Positions 30,052 to 41,238 of a stretch of DNA of 59,126 nt are shown piece after piece. Both the position numbers and the translations under genes were made by a program. The notes beneath the pieces are model-generated. The model did not search any database and was not told where the DNA came from. It worked only from the letters and a program-made list of their open reading frames with translations. This DNA is from Acidiferrobacterales bacterium (GTDB lineage: Bacteria > Pseudomonadota > Gammaproteobacteria > Acidiferrobacterales > JAJDNE01): NCBI GenBank assembly GCA_022340825.1, contig JAJDNE010000072.1, forward strand, positions 1-59,126. Reading direction: 5' to 3'. Position 1 is the first letter of the stretch; each line of letters opens with the position of its first letter.

Positions 30052-31428
30052 ATGACTGAGCGACGTCAGTCCATACATGGCGAGTGGTCGTCACGCCTGG
30101 CATTTATTCTGGCCGCGACCGGCTCGGCCGTTGGTCTCGGTAATATCTGGAAGTTTCCCTATATTACCGGCGAGTATGGCGGTGGCGCTTTTGTGCTGGT
30201 GTATCTAGCCTGTATCGCTGTGATCGGCATCCCGATCATGATGGCCGAAGTGATGATTGGTCGACGCGGGCGCCAGAGCCCGGTGAATACGATGCGCACC
30301 CTGGCCACGGAAGAGGGGCATAATCCACTCTGGCAGTACCTTGGTTGGGCCGGTGTTCTCTCCGGGTTTTTAATTCTCTCTTTTTACAGCGTGGTTGCCG
30401 GCTGGGCCATGGCCTATGTGCCGCGAGTTGCCAGCGGCATGTTTACCGGAACATCGCCGGAAAAAGTTGCATCGATATTCGGTGACCTGATTGGTGATCC
30501 GGAGCGCTTGCTCGCATGGCACACCCTGTTTATGGGTCTCACCATGATTGTTGTCTCGCGAGGTGTGCGCAGCGGCCTCGAGCAGGCAGTGCGTATCCTG
30601 ATGCCTGCACTGTTTCTGCTTCTGGTCATTCTGGTGGGCTATTCATTGAGTGCCGCCGATTTTGCCAGTGGTGTTCGATTTCTTTTTGCACCGGATTTCA
30701 GCAAGCTGTCGTGGGAAGGTGTGCTGGTGGCAATGGGCCACGCCTTTTTTACCCTGAGCCTGGGCATGGGTGCGATCATGGTTTACGGATCGTATTTGCC
30801 AAGCCACGCCTCCATTGCCAAGACCACTATTATTATCGCCGGTGCCGATACACTGGTGGCACTTCTCGCCGGCCTGGCGATTTTCCCGCTGGTGTTCAGT
30901 CACGGTCTGACACCGGGTGCCGGCCCTGGCCTGATCTTCCAGACGTTACCCATCGCCTTTGGTCAAATGTGGGGCGGTGCTTTCTTCGGATTTTTATTTT
31001 TTATCTTGTTGAGCTTTGCCGCGTGGACATCGGCGATTTCATTGATCGAACCGATTGTCGCCTGGCTGGTGGAAAACCGGGGGTTAAGCCGGATCAAGGC
31101 AACAGTATGGGCGGGGGGTATTACCTGGGCACTTGGCCTGGGAAGTTTGTTATCACTGAATCTGTGGCAGGACTTCAAGATCATCAAGTGGGGCATTCTC
31201 GATTTTGTCGACAAACTCACAACCAACGTCATGCTGCCATTGGGCGGTCTCGCCATTGCCATCTTTGCTGCCTGGATCATGTCGCGCGAATCCACTGAAG
31301 ACGAGCTTGCAATAGAGAACCCGCTATTTTATCAATTGTGGCGCTTCTTCGTTCGTTATATCACGCCAGTCGCGGTGGTCGTCGTTTTCCTCAATGCAAT
31401 TGGCGTTATCCAGGTCGGGAAAGGTTAA
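30052..31428 (+). CDS. Sodium-dependent transporter, neurotransmitter:sodium symporter (NSS/LeuT) family
   Basis: WSSRLAFILAATGSAVGLGNIWKFPY, GGGAF, AFFTLSLG, GPGLIF and about 11 TM helices. Confidence 0.94.
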   Translation: MTERRQSIHGEWSSRLAFILAATGSAVGLGNIWKFPYITGEYGGGAFVLVYLACIAVIGIPIMMAEVMIGRRGRQSPVNTMRTLATEEGHNPLWQYLGWAGVLSGFLILSFYSVVAGWAMAYVPRVASGMFTGTSPEKVASIFGDLIGDPERLLAWHTLFMGLTMIVVSRGVRSGLEQAVRILMPALFLLLVILVGYSLSAADFASGVRFLFAPDFSKLSWEGVLVAMGHAFFTLSLGMGAIMVYGSYLPSHASIAKTTIIIAGADTLVALLAGLAIFPLVFSHGLTPGAGPGLIFQTLPIAFGQMWGGAFFGFLFFILLSFAAWTSAISLIEPIVAWLVENRGLSRIKATVWAGGITWALGLGSLLSLNLWQDFKIIKWGILDFVDKLTTNVMLPLGGLAIAIFAAWIMSRESTEDELAIENPLFYQLWRFFVRYITPVAVVVVFLNAIGVIQVGKG

Positions 31429-34082
31429 CCGTCGAGTCGTTGCCGAATCTGTTTTTCGATTTCGTGCTGGGCCACTGTATCGTCAACCGTTTCGCCATTG
31501 CGATCGGTGACGAAGAAGATGTCCTCGGCGCGTTCGCCGTAGGTCGCAATTCGGGCAGTGACGATCTGCAATTGGCAGGCAGCCAGCGCCAGTGCAATGT
31601 GGTGCAACAGGCCAGGCCGATCCTGGGCCGATACCTCAACAATGGTTTGCAGGCCATTGGCAGAGGGAGAAAAATTGATCCGTGTCTCCACGGGAAAATG
31701 TTTCTGTTGACGTGACAGCCGCTTCTCAATGCGTGGTGCAACCTCTCGCTCTTCGGAGAGTTCCCTTTGCAACGCTTTCTGTAAATCCTCGATTTCGCGC
31801 CGGCCCGATATCGCATTACCGTTCGTGTCGAGCACGATGAAGGTGACGATGGTATAACCGTGTCGCGTCGGGTGAACCCGTGCATCAACTACCGAAAGCC
31901 CGCACTGGTCGATCGCACCGGTAATCAAACTGAACTGTCCGGGGCGATCGATGGTATAGACCATGATTTCCGTACCGCCGACATCAGGGTCGAGTGTGAC
32001 TGCGACCAGCGGTAAATCCGCGATCACCGAGGTGGCAATTTCCCGAGCATGCCAGGCGAGACTACGGGCGTTGTGACGCAGAAAATATTCGTTATCCATT
32101 TGACGCCAGAAATTCAGTACTCGCGATTCTGGAACCATTTGGCTGGTAGCCAGTATATCCATGGCTTCCTGTTTCAGTTCACGGACGTGCTCGTCAACAT
32201 CAATCGGATTGCCGAATCCGCGCCGGATCATTCGGGCTGTTTCATGGTATAGCTGCGTTAACAGTCCGCGCTTCCATTCGTTCCAGACTTTTGGACTGGT
32301 GCCGCGCATGTCAGCAATGGTTAGCAGATAAAGATTGTCCAGGTGTTCCTTATCCCCCATCTGCCGGGCAAATTCGAGAATGACATCAGGATCCTGGATG
32401 TCCTGGCGCTGTGCCACCATCGACATGATCAGGTGATTTCGCACCAGCCAGCAGACGAAGCGTGTATCGTATTCACTTAGCCCGTGCTGCTCACAAAATT
32501 TGCGAGCATCTTTTTCCCCGAGATCGGAATGATCACCACCGCGACCTTTGGCGATATCGTGAAACAAGGCACCAAGATAAAGACGTTCTGGTTTAACCAG
32601 CTTCCTGATGATCGAGGAAGCTAACGGGAATTCATCGGTGTGCTCGGGGACGGTAAATCGGCGGACGTTGCGCAAGACGAACAGGATGTGTTCGTCGACA
32701 GTATAAACATGGAACAGGTCATGCTGCATTTGACCGACGATGCGGCCGAAGACCGGCAGGTAGGCACCCAGAACGCCGTAGGCATTCATGCGTCTCAATT
32801 CCTGGGTGATGCCGTGGGGCTGGCGCATGATTTCCATGAACAGGCTGCGGCAGCGCAAATCCTGGCGGAAGCTCTTGTCGATGCGATGAAGGTTCTCCCG
32901 CACCAGGCGAATGGTTTGCGCACGCACACCTTTCAATTTCGGGTGTTGCTGCAATATCAGGAACAGCTCGAGCATCGCCCAGGGCGAGCGTTCGAATACC
33001 TTGTCATTCACGGTCTCGAGAAAATCGCCATGGGCCTGAAAGCGGCGATTGAGGGGGCGGATGCGCGGCTTGCCCCGTGCGAGGATGGCTTCCTGAAAAT
33101 GTTGCAACAGGATTTCGTTGAGCAAAGACAGGTCCTTGATCGTTCGGTAGTAGATTTTCATGAACTGCTCTACAGCGAGACTGCCAGGCTTGTCATGGAA
33201 ACCCGCAGCCGATGCCAGTGCGCGCTGGTGGTCAAACAGGAGCCGGTCTTCGCGTCTGCCCGAAAGAAAATGCAGACCATTCCGAATATGCCAAAGATAG
33301 TTGCGGCCCTTGATCAGGGTTCGGTACTCATTCTGTGTCAGGAATCCATGCTCGATCAATTCATCCAGCGACGCAGTACCAAATTCGCGCTGGGTTACCC
33401 AGGAAATCATCTGGATATCACGCAAACCACCCGGGCCTTCCTTGATGTTGGGTTCGAGGTTGTAGCCGGTATCATCAAACCGGTGATGACGCTGTATTTG
33501 TTCTTCCCATTTTGCCGCAAAAAACTTGCGACTGGGCCATAGCTTGGCTGGACCAGTTGCCTGCTGCATTTTTTCAAGCATTACAGGGTCACCGTGCAGC
33601 AACCTGGTTTCCATCAGGTTGGTTACTACGGTGATATCTTTTTTTGCTTCCTGCACGCAGTCCTTCAAAGTGCGAACGCTATGTCCGACTTCCAGTCCAA
33701 TATCCCAGAGGAATCGGAAGAAGGTTTCGACGAAAAGATTGATCGACTCGCCCAGGTTTCGATGCAGCAGCAGCATCAAATCAATGTCGGAAGCGGGATG
33801 GAGCTCGCCGCGACCGTAGCCACCAACAGCAATGAGTGAAACCTGGTTGTTCTCGGGAAGCAGGTGCAGATGATGTTTGAACGCCCGCACGATCAATTGG
33901 TCCACCAGCCATGCGTTGCTGGTGACGATATCTTCAGCTTTGGCACCAGCGAGGTATTCCTGCTTCAGCTGCTCGCGGCCGTCACGCAGCGTGTTACGGA
34001 ATAGCGGCAAAACGTTATCACTGTTCTCCAGTGATTTCGCAAAGCGCTTTGCGTCAAAAAGATCGCTTTTTTTAATGGCCAT
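31425..34082 (-). CDS. glnD: PII uridylyltransferase/uridylyl-removing enzyme
   Basis: AVGGYGRGELHPASDID, LEPNIKEGPGGLRD, HD domain (YTVDEH, HDIAKGRGGDHS), two ACT domains (DRPG). Confidence 0.97.
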   Translation of the reverse strand: MAIKKSDLFDAKRFAKSLENSDNVLPLFRNTLRDGREQLKQEYLAGAKAEDIVTSNAWLVDQLIVRAFKHHLHLLPENNQVSLIAVGGYGRGELHPASDIDLMLLLHRNLGESINLFVETFFRFLWDIGLEVGHSVRTLKDCVQEAKKDITVVTNLMETRLLHGDPVMLEKMQQATGPAKLWPSRKFFAAKWEEQIQRHHRFDDTGYNLEPNIKEGPGGLRDIQMISWVTQREFGTASLDELIEHGFLTQNEYRTLIKGRNYLWHIRNGLHFLSGRREDRLLFDHQRALASAAGFHDKPGSLAVEQFMKIYYRTIKDLSLLNEILLQHFQEAILARGKPRIRPLNRRFQAHGDFLETVNDKVFERSPWAMLELFLILQQHPKLKGVRAQTIRLVRENLHRIDKSFRQDLRCRSLFMEIMRQPHGITQELRRMNAYGVLGAYLPVFGRIVGQMQHDLFHVYTVDEHILFVLRNVRRFTVPEHTDEFPLASSIIRKLVKPERLYLGALFHDIAKGRGGDHSDLGEKDARKFCEQHGLSEYDTRFVCWLVRNHLIMSMVAQRQDIQDPDVILEFARQMGDKEHLDNLYLLTIADMRGTSPKVWNEWKRGLLTQLYHETARMIRRGFGNPIDVDEHVRELKQEAMDILATSQMVPESRVLNFWRQMDNEYFLRHNARSLAWHAREIATSVIADLPLVAVTLDPDVGGTEIMVYTIDRPGQFSLITGAIDQCGLSVVDARVHPTRHGYTIVTFIVLDTNGNAISGRREIEDLQKALQRELSEEREVAPRIEKRLSRQQKHFPVETRINFSPSANGLQTIVEVSAQDRPGLLHHIALALAACQLQIVTARIATYGERAEDIFFVTDRNGETVDDTVAQHEIEKQIRQRLDG

Positions 34083-34130
34083 GGAGGGATGTTGATGGAA
34101 ATCGGCCGTGGCAACAACCGAAGTGCGCGA

Positions 34131-34898
34131 TCAGGGCTGGTCGCCCGGGACCATCGTCAGGATCTCGTGATCAGTATCTGTCACCAGGATGGTGTGTTCC
34201 CATTGCGCTGACAGTGCATGGTCGGAGGTGACCACGGTCCAGTTGTCCTTGAGCAGCTTAACGTCCTTTCGACCGGCATTGATCATGGGCTCGATGGTAA
34301 AGGTCATACCGGGTACAAGTTCAACACCGGTGCCGGCCGTTCCATAATGCAGGACCTGCGGCTCTTCGTGAAACTGGCGGCCAATACCGTGTCCGCAGTA
34401 CTCACGCACCACGGAGTAATTGTTGGACTCGGCGTGTACCTGGATGGCATGGCCAATGTCTCCCAGCCGTGCTCCCGGTTTAACCTGTTCAATGCCGATG
34501 AGCATGCATTCGTGGCTGATTTCACAAATACGCCTGGCCAGGACCGATGGCTCGCCGACATAGAACATCTTGCTGGTGTCGCCGTGAAAACCGTCCTTGA
34601 TTACCGTGATGTCAATGTTGACGATATCGCCCTTTTTCAGCTTTTTTTCGGAAGGGATGCCGTGGCATACCTGGTGGTTAATGGAGGTGCAGATGGATTT
34701 CGGAAAACCCTTGTAATTCAACGGTGCCGGGATCGCGCCCTGCTCGTTGACGATATAGTCGTGACACAGCCGGTCGAGTTCGTCCGTCGTAATGCCAGCC
34801 TGGACGTGCGGGCGTATCATCTGCAGCACCTCACCGGCCAGGCGCCCGGCAACGCGCATTTTCTCTATTTCTTCCGGCGTTTTAACGTGTATCGACAT
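34131..34898 (-). CDS. map: Methionine aminopeptidase type I
   Basis: CTSINHQVCHGIP, NIDITV, GDTS, YCGHGIG, FTIEPM, SAQWEHT. Confidence 0.97.
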   Translation of the reverse strand: MSIHVKTPEEIEKMRVAGRLAGEVLQMIRPHVQAGITTDELDRLCHDYIVNEQGAIPAPLNYKGFPKSICTSINHQVCHGIPSEKKLKKGDIVNIDITVIKDGFHGDTSKMFYVGEPSVLARRICEISHECMLIGIEQVKPGARLGDIGHAIQVHAESNNYSVVREYCGHGIGRQFHEEPQVLHYGTAGTGVELVPGMTFTIEPMINAGRKDVKLLKDNWTVVTSDHALSAQWEHTILVTDTDHEILTMVPGDQP

Positions 34899-35019
34899 AA
34901 TTTTGAGGCCAAATATGGCTGGTTAGGCGAAAATTGCGGCCATTTATAACACGATTCCGGCTATTCGCTGTATTTAGCCCCGGGGCAATTGTGGTTTAGC
35001 GCAGAAATCATTGAAAATA

Positions 35020-35055
35020 TTGTCGAAAAAAAGGGGATGCTGTATATTCCGCGCC
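35020..35055 (+). promoter_or_regulatory. rpsB promoter
   Basis: TTGTCG (35020-35025), 17 nt spacer, TATATT (35043-35048), discriminator CCGCGCC. Confidence 0.6.
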
Positions 35056-35070
35056 TGATTTTTACCTAAA

Positions 35071-35163
35071 ACGCACATGGTCCGTCACATGCGTCCGGGT
35101 GCCTCGTTTCAGCGTTGTCTGGGAGGAGGTCGGTGCATGGGGTCCATGGAAGCCTAAAACCCG
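35071..35163 (+). ncRNA. rpsB 5' leader (t44 / S2 autoregulatory RNA)
   Basis: Resembles the enterobacterial leader: CAC...CACAT..TCCGGGTGCC...GGTCGG..ATGGG...TGGA.GC.TAA.ACCC, directly before the rpsB SD. Confidence 0.8.
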
Positions 35164-35175
35164 AAGGAGAATATG

Positions 35176-36021
35176 ATGAGTAAAGTAAGTATGCGAGACA
35201 TGCTCGCAGCTGGTGTGCATTTCGGCCACCAAACCCGCTTCTGGCACCCCAAAATGCGTCCCTATATCTTTGGGGAACGCAACAAGATCCATATTATAAA
35301 TCTCGAAAAGACCGTTCCTCTGCTGGAGGACGCGCTCAATTTTGTTGGCAGTCTGGCTGCCAAGCGCGGCAAAATTCTTTTTGTAGGCACCAAGCGCCAG
35401 GCAGCGGACACGATTCGTGACGAAGCCATTCGTTCCGGTTCACCATATGTGCACAAGCGCTGGTTGGGCGGCATGCTGACCAACTTCCAGACAGTAAAGC
35501 GCTCGATTAGCCGTCTCAAGGAGCTGGAAGCGATTCTCGATGAGGGTGCCAGTCCGAAACTGAACAAGAAAGAGCTGCTGATGCTTAGTCGTGAGCGTGA
35601 GAAGCTTGATGGTACGCTCGCAGGGATCAAGGACATGGGCGGTCTGCCGGACGCACTTTTCGTGATTGATGTCGGCATGGAATATATCGCCATCAAGGAA
35701 GCCAACAAGCTGGGTATTCCGGTAGTGGCCGTGGTTGACACCAATTGCAAGCCTGATGGTGTCGATTATGTTATTCCAGGTAACGACGATGCGATTCGTG
35801 CGATTCGTCTGTATTCCAAACTTGTTGCCGATGCCATTATTGATGGACGAAAGTCCGCGCAGGTTGCACTGCCTGAGGGCGAAGACGAGTATGTCGAGGT
35901 CGACGAGGAGCAATCAAAGGTCAAGGTAAAGGCGAAGAAGAAAGTCGCCAAACCTGAAGAACCTGAGACGGTTGCCGCTCCCGAAGCGGATACCGCGGCC
36001 TCAGAAGGCGAAGCAGAGTAA
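35176..36021 (+). CDS. rpsB: 30S ribosomal protein S2
   Basis: [38 protein letters not shown], acidic C-terminal tail. Confidence 0.98.
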   Translation: MSKVSMRDMLAAGVHFGHQTRFWHPKMRPYIFGERNKIHIINLEKTVPLLEDALNFVGSLAAKRGKILFVGTKRQAADTIRDEAIRSGSPYVHKRWLGGMLTNFQTVKRSISRLKELEAILDEGASPKLNKKELLMLSREREKLDGTLAGIKDMGGLPDALFVIDVGMEYIAIKEANKLGIPVVAVVDTNCKPDGVDYVIPGNDDAIRAIRLYSKLVADAIIDGRKSAQVALPEGEDEYVEVDEEQSKVKVKAKKKVAKPEEPETVAAPEADTAASEGEAE

Positions 36022-36028
36022 ACACAAT

Positions 36029-36051
36029 ACAAGGGGGCCTGGCCCCCTTGT
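36029..36051 (+). terminator. Intercistronic rpsB-tsf hairpin (attenuator or partial terminator)
   Basis: Inverted repeat ACAAGGGGGCC-T-GGCCCCCTTGT with only a weak T tail. Confidence 0.65.
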
Positions 36052-36149
36052 TCGTAACCAGAAAGTATTTATATCGTTGTAAACGATATCTCCTTGTTGA
36101 GTATTTTCTGAACAACAGACACAAGTATTCAAGACTCTAGAGGTTCAAC

Positions 36150-37034
36150 ATGGCTATCACTGCTGCACAGGTGAAAGAACTGCGCGAGATGACCGGTCTC
36201 GGCATGATGGAATGCAAACAGGCGCTGACCGAAACGGACGGCGACAAAGACGCCGCGATTGAATTGCTGCGCAAGAAAGCGGGCGCAAAGGTTGAGAAAA
36301 AGGCGGGTCGAACGGCTGCTGACGGTGTGATCAGTATCGCAACTAATAGTGGCAACAAGGCTACCGCAATCGTTGAAGTCAACACCGAGACGGATTTCGT
36401 TGCTAAAGGTGACGAGTTCAAGGATTTCGCTGGTAATATTGCTGCGCGTGTCGCGGCGGACAAGCCAGCTGATATCGAGGCATTGAAGGCGATGCCGCTC
36501 AAAGACGGAAGCGACCAGAGTATCAGTAAGGCGCTGGAGGCATTGGTACAGAAGCTGGGCGAAAAGATGGATGTTCGTCGTTTTGCCATCATCACTTCTG
36601 ACAATACCGTGGGCAGCTACGTTCATGGCAGCAAGATCGGCGTCATCGTCGAAGTGAAAGGCGGATCCGACGACCTGGCAAAGGACCTGGCCATGCATAT
36701 CGCAGCCGCACGTCCACAGTTCGTGACGCCTGACGAGGTGCCGGATGACGTGAAGGCGAAAGAGCGTGAAATATTTGTTGCCCAGGCCAAAGAGAGCGGC
36801 AAGCCAGACAATATTATCGAGAAAATGGTCGAAGGTCGTCTGAACAAGTTCCTGGCAGAGATTTGTCTCACCGGACAGCCATTCGTGAAAGACCCCGACA
36901 CCACGATCGAGAAGCTGCTTGGTTCCGCCGGCGCCAGCGTCGTGCAGTTTGTCCGCTACGAAGTTGGCGAGGGCATCGAGAAGAAACAGGAAGACTTTGC
37001 TGCCGAGGTAATGGCCCAGGTTAAAGGGGAGTAG
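36150..37034 (+). CDS. tsf: Elongation factor Ts
   Basis: VKELREMTGLGMMECK, EVNTETDFVAK, AMHIAA, DFAAEV. Confidence 0.98.
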   Translation: MAITAAQVKELREMTGLGMMECKQALTETDGDKDAAIELLRKKAGAKVEKKAGRTAADGVISIATNSGNKATAIVEVNTETDFVAKGDEFKDFAGNIAARVAADKPADIEALKAMPLKDGSDQSISKALEALVQKLGEKMDVRRFAIITSDNTVGSYVHGSKIGVIVEVKGGSDDLAKDLAMHIAAARPQFVTPDEVPDDVKAKEREIFVAQAKESGKPDNIIEKMVEGRLNKFLAEICLTGQPFVKDPDTTIEKLLGSAGASVVQFVRYEVGEGIEKKQEDFAAEVMAQVKGE

Positions 37035-37037
37035 TCC

Positions 37038-37775
37038 TTGTCTACCGGCAGCAAGCCAGTCTATCGCCGCGTTCTGCTCAAGCTTAGTGGCGAGGCATTG
37101 ATGGGCGATGATGCCTACGGCATCAATCGTGACGTTGTCAGCCGAATTGTTGGCGAGATCGGCGATGTGCTGGCTGTCGGAACACAACTGGCCATCGTGA
37201 TCGGTGCCGGGAATATCTTCCGCGGCGTATCCGGGTCTGCCGAAGGCATGGACCGGGCAACAGCAGACTACATGGGCATGCTGGCCACGGTGATGAATGC
37301 CATGGCATTACAGGATGCGCTGGTCTCCAGCGGTACGCCTGCGGTAGTGCAGTCAGCGATTCGCATGGAACCGGTGGTCGATTCGTACGACCGCAAATCA
37401 GCCATCCGACACCTTGAATCAGGAACTGTCGTGATTTTTGGCGGGGGAACCGGTAATCCTTTCTTTACGACTGATACCGCTGCCAGTCTACGTGGGCTAG
37501 AGATTGATGCCGATGCGGTATTCAAGGCCACCAAGGTGGACGGTGTTTACACCAAGGACCCGGTAAAGCACAAAGACGCGGAGCGCTATGATGTGCTTAC
37601 CTACAATGAGGTGCTAGAGAAGCAACTGGGTGTCATGGATGCAGCCGCCATCGCGCTCTGCCGCGACCAGGCCATGCCACTGCGTGTGTTCAGTATTAAT
37701 AGGTCTGGCAGCCTGCTGCGCGTCGTCCTCGGTGAGGATGAGGGCACACTGGTACAATCCGGAGAGCAATCATGA
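37038..37775 (+). CDS. pyrH: UMP kinase
   Basis: [40 protein letters not shown] start. Confidence 0.97.
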   Translation: MSTGSKPVYRRVLLKLSGEALMGDDAYGINRDVVSRIVGEIGDVLAVGTQLAIVIGAGNIFRGVSGSAEGMDRATADYMGMLATVMNAMALQDALVSSGTPAVVQSAIRMEPVVDSYDRKSAIRHLESGTVVIFGGGTGNPFFTTDTAASLRGLEIDADAVFKATKVDGVYTKDPVKHKDAERYDVLTYNEVLEKQLGVMDAAAIALCRDQAMPLRVFSINRSGSLLRVVLGEDEGTLVQSGEQS

Positions 37776-38338
37776 ACGAAAGTGCAACCAAAATTACAAA
37801 AGATGCAGACTCGCGCATGCAGAAGTCAGTGGAGTCGCTCAAGGCGGATCTCAGCAAGATTCGAACCGGACGTGCCACGGTCGGGTTGCTCGATCACGTG
37901 AAAGTGGACTTCTATGGCAATCCCAGTCCGTTAAGCCAGGTCGGCAATATCAGTGTTTCTGACGCGCGAACCCTTACCATCAAGCTTTGGGACAAGACCA
38001 TGGTGCAGGCTGTCGAAAAGGCAATTAATGAATCGGGTCTTGGTCTTAACCCCGCCACAGCCGGCGACACAATTCGCCTTCCGATTCCACCGTTGACCGA
38101 GGAGCGACGCAAGGAATTGACCAAGGTCGCGCGCAGCGAAGGCGAAAATGCCAAGATTGCAATCCGCAATATCCGCCGAGACGGCAATCAGCATCTGAAG
38201 AATCTGGTAAAGGACAAGGAGATATCGGAGGATGAGGAGAAGCAGGGCGAGGCAATCATTCAGAAACTGACGGACAAGTTTGTCACCGAAGTGGATAAAA
38301 TGGTCGAACTTAAAGAAAAGGACCTGATGGAGATATAG
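37772..38338 (+). CDS. frr: Ribosome recycling factor
   Basis: [29 protein letters not shown]. Confidence 0.97.
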   Translation: MNESATKITKDADSRMQKSVESLKADLSKIRTGRATVGLLDHVKVDFYGNPSPLSQVGNISVSDARTLTIKLWDKTMVQAVEKAINESGLGLNPATAGDTIRLPIPPLTEERRKELTKVARSEGENAKIAIRNIRRDGNQHLKNLVKDKEISEDEEKQGEAIIQKLTDKFVTEVDKMVELKEKDLMEI

Positions 38339-38420
38339 CGCTATCTGCCCATTGCCCTGTTCTTCTTCACACGCTTAAGGTTGTCGGGAAGCTTACGCTA
38401 GATTTCTTGCCGAAATCATT

Positions 38421-39188
38421 ATGAATAAACCGAGCGCCGCCAGCAAAACTCCCGCCTCCGGTATTGATCCCGGGCTACCTGTCCATGTCGCTGTGATCAT
38501 GGACGGTAATGGCCGCTGGGCGCGGCAACGTGGAATGCCTCGTGTTGCCGGGCATCGCAAAGGTGCCGACGCGGTACGTACATTGATACGTGCCTGTGCC
38601 AAACGCAATATCGCCTATCTGACTTTATTTGCTTTTAGTAGTGAAAACTGGAAACGACCGAAGCCCGAGGTTCAGCGGCTGATGGAACTGTTTGTTTCCG
38701 CGCTTGATAAGGACGTCAAGGAACTGCACTCGAATAATGTACGTTTCCGGGTGATTGGTGATCGCTCAGGTCTGGACGAAAAAATTGTCCAAAAGATTGG
38801 GAACGGCGAGTTGCTCACTAAGGACAATGACGGTCTTCAGCTCAATGTTGCAATCAATTATGGGGGCAAGTGGGATCTCCTGCAGGCATGTCGGAGTATT
38901 GCCGGGCGGGTATCTGAAGGAACCCTTGCCGCCAGTTCGATCCAGATTGACGATATTGAATCGGGCTTGAGTACTGCAGGTATGCCAGAACCGGATCTGT
39001 TTATTCGTACCGGTGGCGAGCATCGCATCAGTAATTTTCTGATGTGGCAACTGGCCTACACCGAACTTTATTTTACCGACGTGTTATGGCCGGATTTTGA
39101 CGAGGCTGAGCTCGAGCTTGCACTCACGTCATTCTCCGGTCGGCAGCGACGCTTTGGCCGTACCGGCGAACAGCTGGAGGCGAACTAA
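38421..39188 (+). CDS. uppS: Undecaprenyl diphosphate synthase
   Basis: HVAVIMDGNGRWA, FAFSSENWKRP, DLFIRTGGEHRISNF, RRFG. Confidence 0.97.
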   Translation: MNKPSAASKTPASGIDPGLPVHVAVIMDGNGRWARQRGMPRVAGHRKGADAVRTLIRACAKRNIAYLTLFAFSSENWKRPKPEVQRLMELFVSALDKDVKELHSNNVRFRVIGDRSGLDEKIVQKIGNGELLTKDNDGLQLNVAINYGGKWDLLQACRSIAGRVSEGTLAASSIQIDDIESGLSTAGMPEPDLFIRTGGEHRISNFLMWQLAYTELYFTDVLWPDFDEAELELALTSFSGRQRRFGRTGEQLEAN

Positions 39189-39190
39189 CC

Positions 39191-40024
39191 ATGTTGTGGA
39201 AGCGCGTTGTGACGGCAATCGTACTGTTACCACTATTGTTGCTGGCTTTATTCAAACTGCCGGCAACAGGTATTGCTGTGGTGATCACGGTAGCGGTGAT
39301 GCTGGCGACATGGGAAATGACGGCGCTAATCGGGTTTACGCAAAGTTGGCAGCGGCTGATCTATAGCATCTGTATCGGGGTCGTTGGCGTCAGCGGATCA
39401 CTATGGGTACTGCGAGGTGGTGATATTGTGCCGATACTTGTTATCGCGTTGGCCTGGTGGCTTTATGCCATCGTTCATATTTTTCGTGAAGACGGAAGCT
39501 ATGGCGGGGTATTTGGAAGCATGCCGGGTCGTATGATCGCCGGTGCGTTGGTTATGCTACCGACCTGGTTAGCATTTCTGTTTCTGTTTGTTGCGGATGA
39601 TTCCGCGCCGCAATTATTGTTGTATGTGCTTGTTCTGGTCTGGATTGCCGATTCGTTCGCCTATTTTTCTGGTCGTGCATGGGGAAAACATAAGCTGGCA
39701 CCGGCAGTTAGCCCCGGGAAATCGGTCGAAGGTGTGATTGGTGGGCTGTCGGGCGTGGCGCTTGTCTCTTTGCTGGGAGGGTACTATCTCTGGGGCCTGG
39801 CTGGTCAGGCGCTTATATTATGGTTAGCGGTTTCGCTGGTTACCGGGGCGGTCTCGGTTACAGGCGACCTGATCGAGAGTATTTTCAAACGGCGCGCGGG
39901 AGTAAAAGATAGTGGACAATTGTTACCGGGCCATGGCGGCATGTTTGATCGGATTGATGCATTGACGGCGGCGATCCCGGTATTTGCCCTCGGCTGGATG
40001 ACCTTGCTAAAGGCTTCCGGATGA
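39191..40024 (+). CDS. cdsA: Phosphatidate cytidylyltransferase
   Basis: [44 protein letters not shown]. Confidence 0.96.
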   Translation: MLWKRVVTAIVLLPLLLLALFKLPATGIAVVITVAVMLATWEMTALIGFTQSWQRLIYSICIGVVGVSGSLWVLRGGDIVPILVIALAWWLYAIVHIFREDGSYGGVFGSMPGRMIAGALVMLPTWLAFLFLFVADDSAPQLLLYVLVLVWIADSFAYFSGRAWGKHKLAPAVSPGKSVEGVIGGLSGVALVSLLGGYYLWGLAGQALILWLAVSLVTGAVSVTGDLIESIFKRRAGVKDSGQLLPGHGGMFDRIDALTAAIPVFALGWMTLLKASG

Positions 40025-41238
40025 GTCCAGGTTCAGTCCAGAAAGTCGCGGTACTCGGATCCACTGGCAGCATTGGTGTCAGCACACTCGATGTCATCGC
40101 CCGTCACCCTGATCGCTTCCGGATAGAGGCACTTACCGCCAATACCCAGGTGGAGCGCTTGTTTGAACAGTGTAAGCAGTTCAGGCCTGCGATTGCAGTG
40201 ATGGCGGACGAGAGCAGTGCGAGGTCACTGAAATTAATGCTCGAGGAGTCGGGGCTGGAAACAACAGTGTCGGCTGGAATGGATGCCTTGTGCACAACAG
40301 TCTCCTCCGATGACATTAATGTTGTCATGGCGGCTATCGTCGGCGCTGCAGGTTTGAAGCCGACCTTGGCTGCGGTGAAAGCGGGCAAGCGGGTACTGAT
40401 CGCAAACAAGGAACCATTGGTAATGGCGGGTGACATCTTTATTGCTGAAGCCAGGCGATCCGGAGCGCTGCTGTTGCCAATAGATAGCGAACACAATGCC
40501 GTGTTTCAGTGCCTGCCGTCAGATTTCCGTACCGGCAATACCCCAGCCGGTATTCGCCGGGTATTGCTTACCTGTTCGGGTGGCCCGTTTCGTTTGCGGG
40601 CAACATCCGAGTTATCCGACGTCACGCCGGACGAAGCCTGCGCCCATCCCAACTGGAATATGGGCCGGAAGATCTCTGTCGATTCTGCGACGCTAATGAA
40701 TAAGGGTCTCGAACTGATCGAGGCATGCTGGCTGTTTGGTATCGAACCTGACAAGGTTGAGATAGTGATCCATCCACAAAGTGTCATTCATTCCATGGTG
40801 GAATATCTCGATGCATCGGTGCTGGCACAATTGGGAAATCCGGATATGCGTACCCCTATTGCCCACGCCCTTGCATGGCCAGAACGTATTGATTCCGGCG
40901 TTGCCTCGCTTAACCTGTTTGACGTGGCCAGGCTCGAGTTCGAGTCGCCCGATGTCGAACGATTTCCATGCCTGCGCCTGGCTTCCGAGGCTGTGCTTGC
41001 CGGTGGCACGGCACCGGCGATTCTAAATGCTGCCAACGAGGTAGCGGTTCAAGCCTTCCTTGATGGAGATATCCGCTTCACCCAGATAGCCGAAGTCATC
41101 GCGGCGGTAATGGAAAGATGTAAGCCGAACGATGCCAGTGATCTCGAAACCATACTTAGTGACGATTTGCGTGCCCGCGACATCGCCGCATCGATGGTGC
41201 AGCGGCCTTCGGCGTTGGTCAGGGGAGGGCACCAATGA
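40021..41238 (+). CDS. dxr: 1-deoxy-D-xylulose 5-phosphate reductoisomerase
   Basis: [41 protein letters not shown]. Confidence 0.98.
   Translation: MSPGSVQKVAVLGSTGSIGVSTLDVIARHPDRFRIEALTANTQVERLFEQCKQFRPAIAVMADESSARSLKLMLEESGLETTVSAGMDALCTTVSSDDINVVMAAIVGAAGLKPTLAAVKAGKRVLIANKEPLVMAGDIFIAEARRSGALLLPIDSEHNAVFQCLPSDFRTGNTPAGIRRVLLTCSGGPFRLRATSELSDVTPDEACAHPNWNMGRKISVDSATLMNKGLELIEACWLFGIEPDKVEIVIHPQSVIHSMVEYLDASVLAQLGNPDMRTPIAHALAWPERIDSGVASLNLFDVARLEFESPDVERFPCLRLASEAVLAGGTAPAILNAANEVAVQAFLDGDIRFTQIAEVIAAVMERCKPNDASDLETILSDDLRARDIAASMVQRPSALVRGGHQ

Noticed and set aside
32640-33542. 300-aa antisense ORF opposite glnD
   Set aside because: Shadow ORF with no motifs, fully nested in a conserved gene.
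36129-37187. 352-aa antisense ORF opposite tsf/pyrH
   Set aside because: Typical antisense open frame of a highly expressed gene, with no independent evidence.
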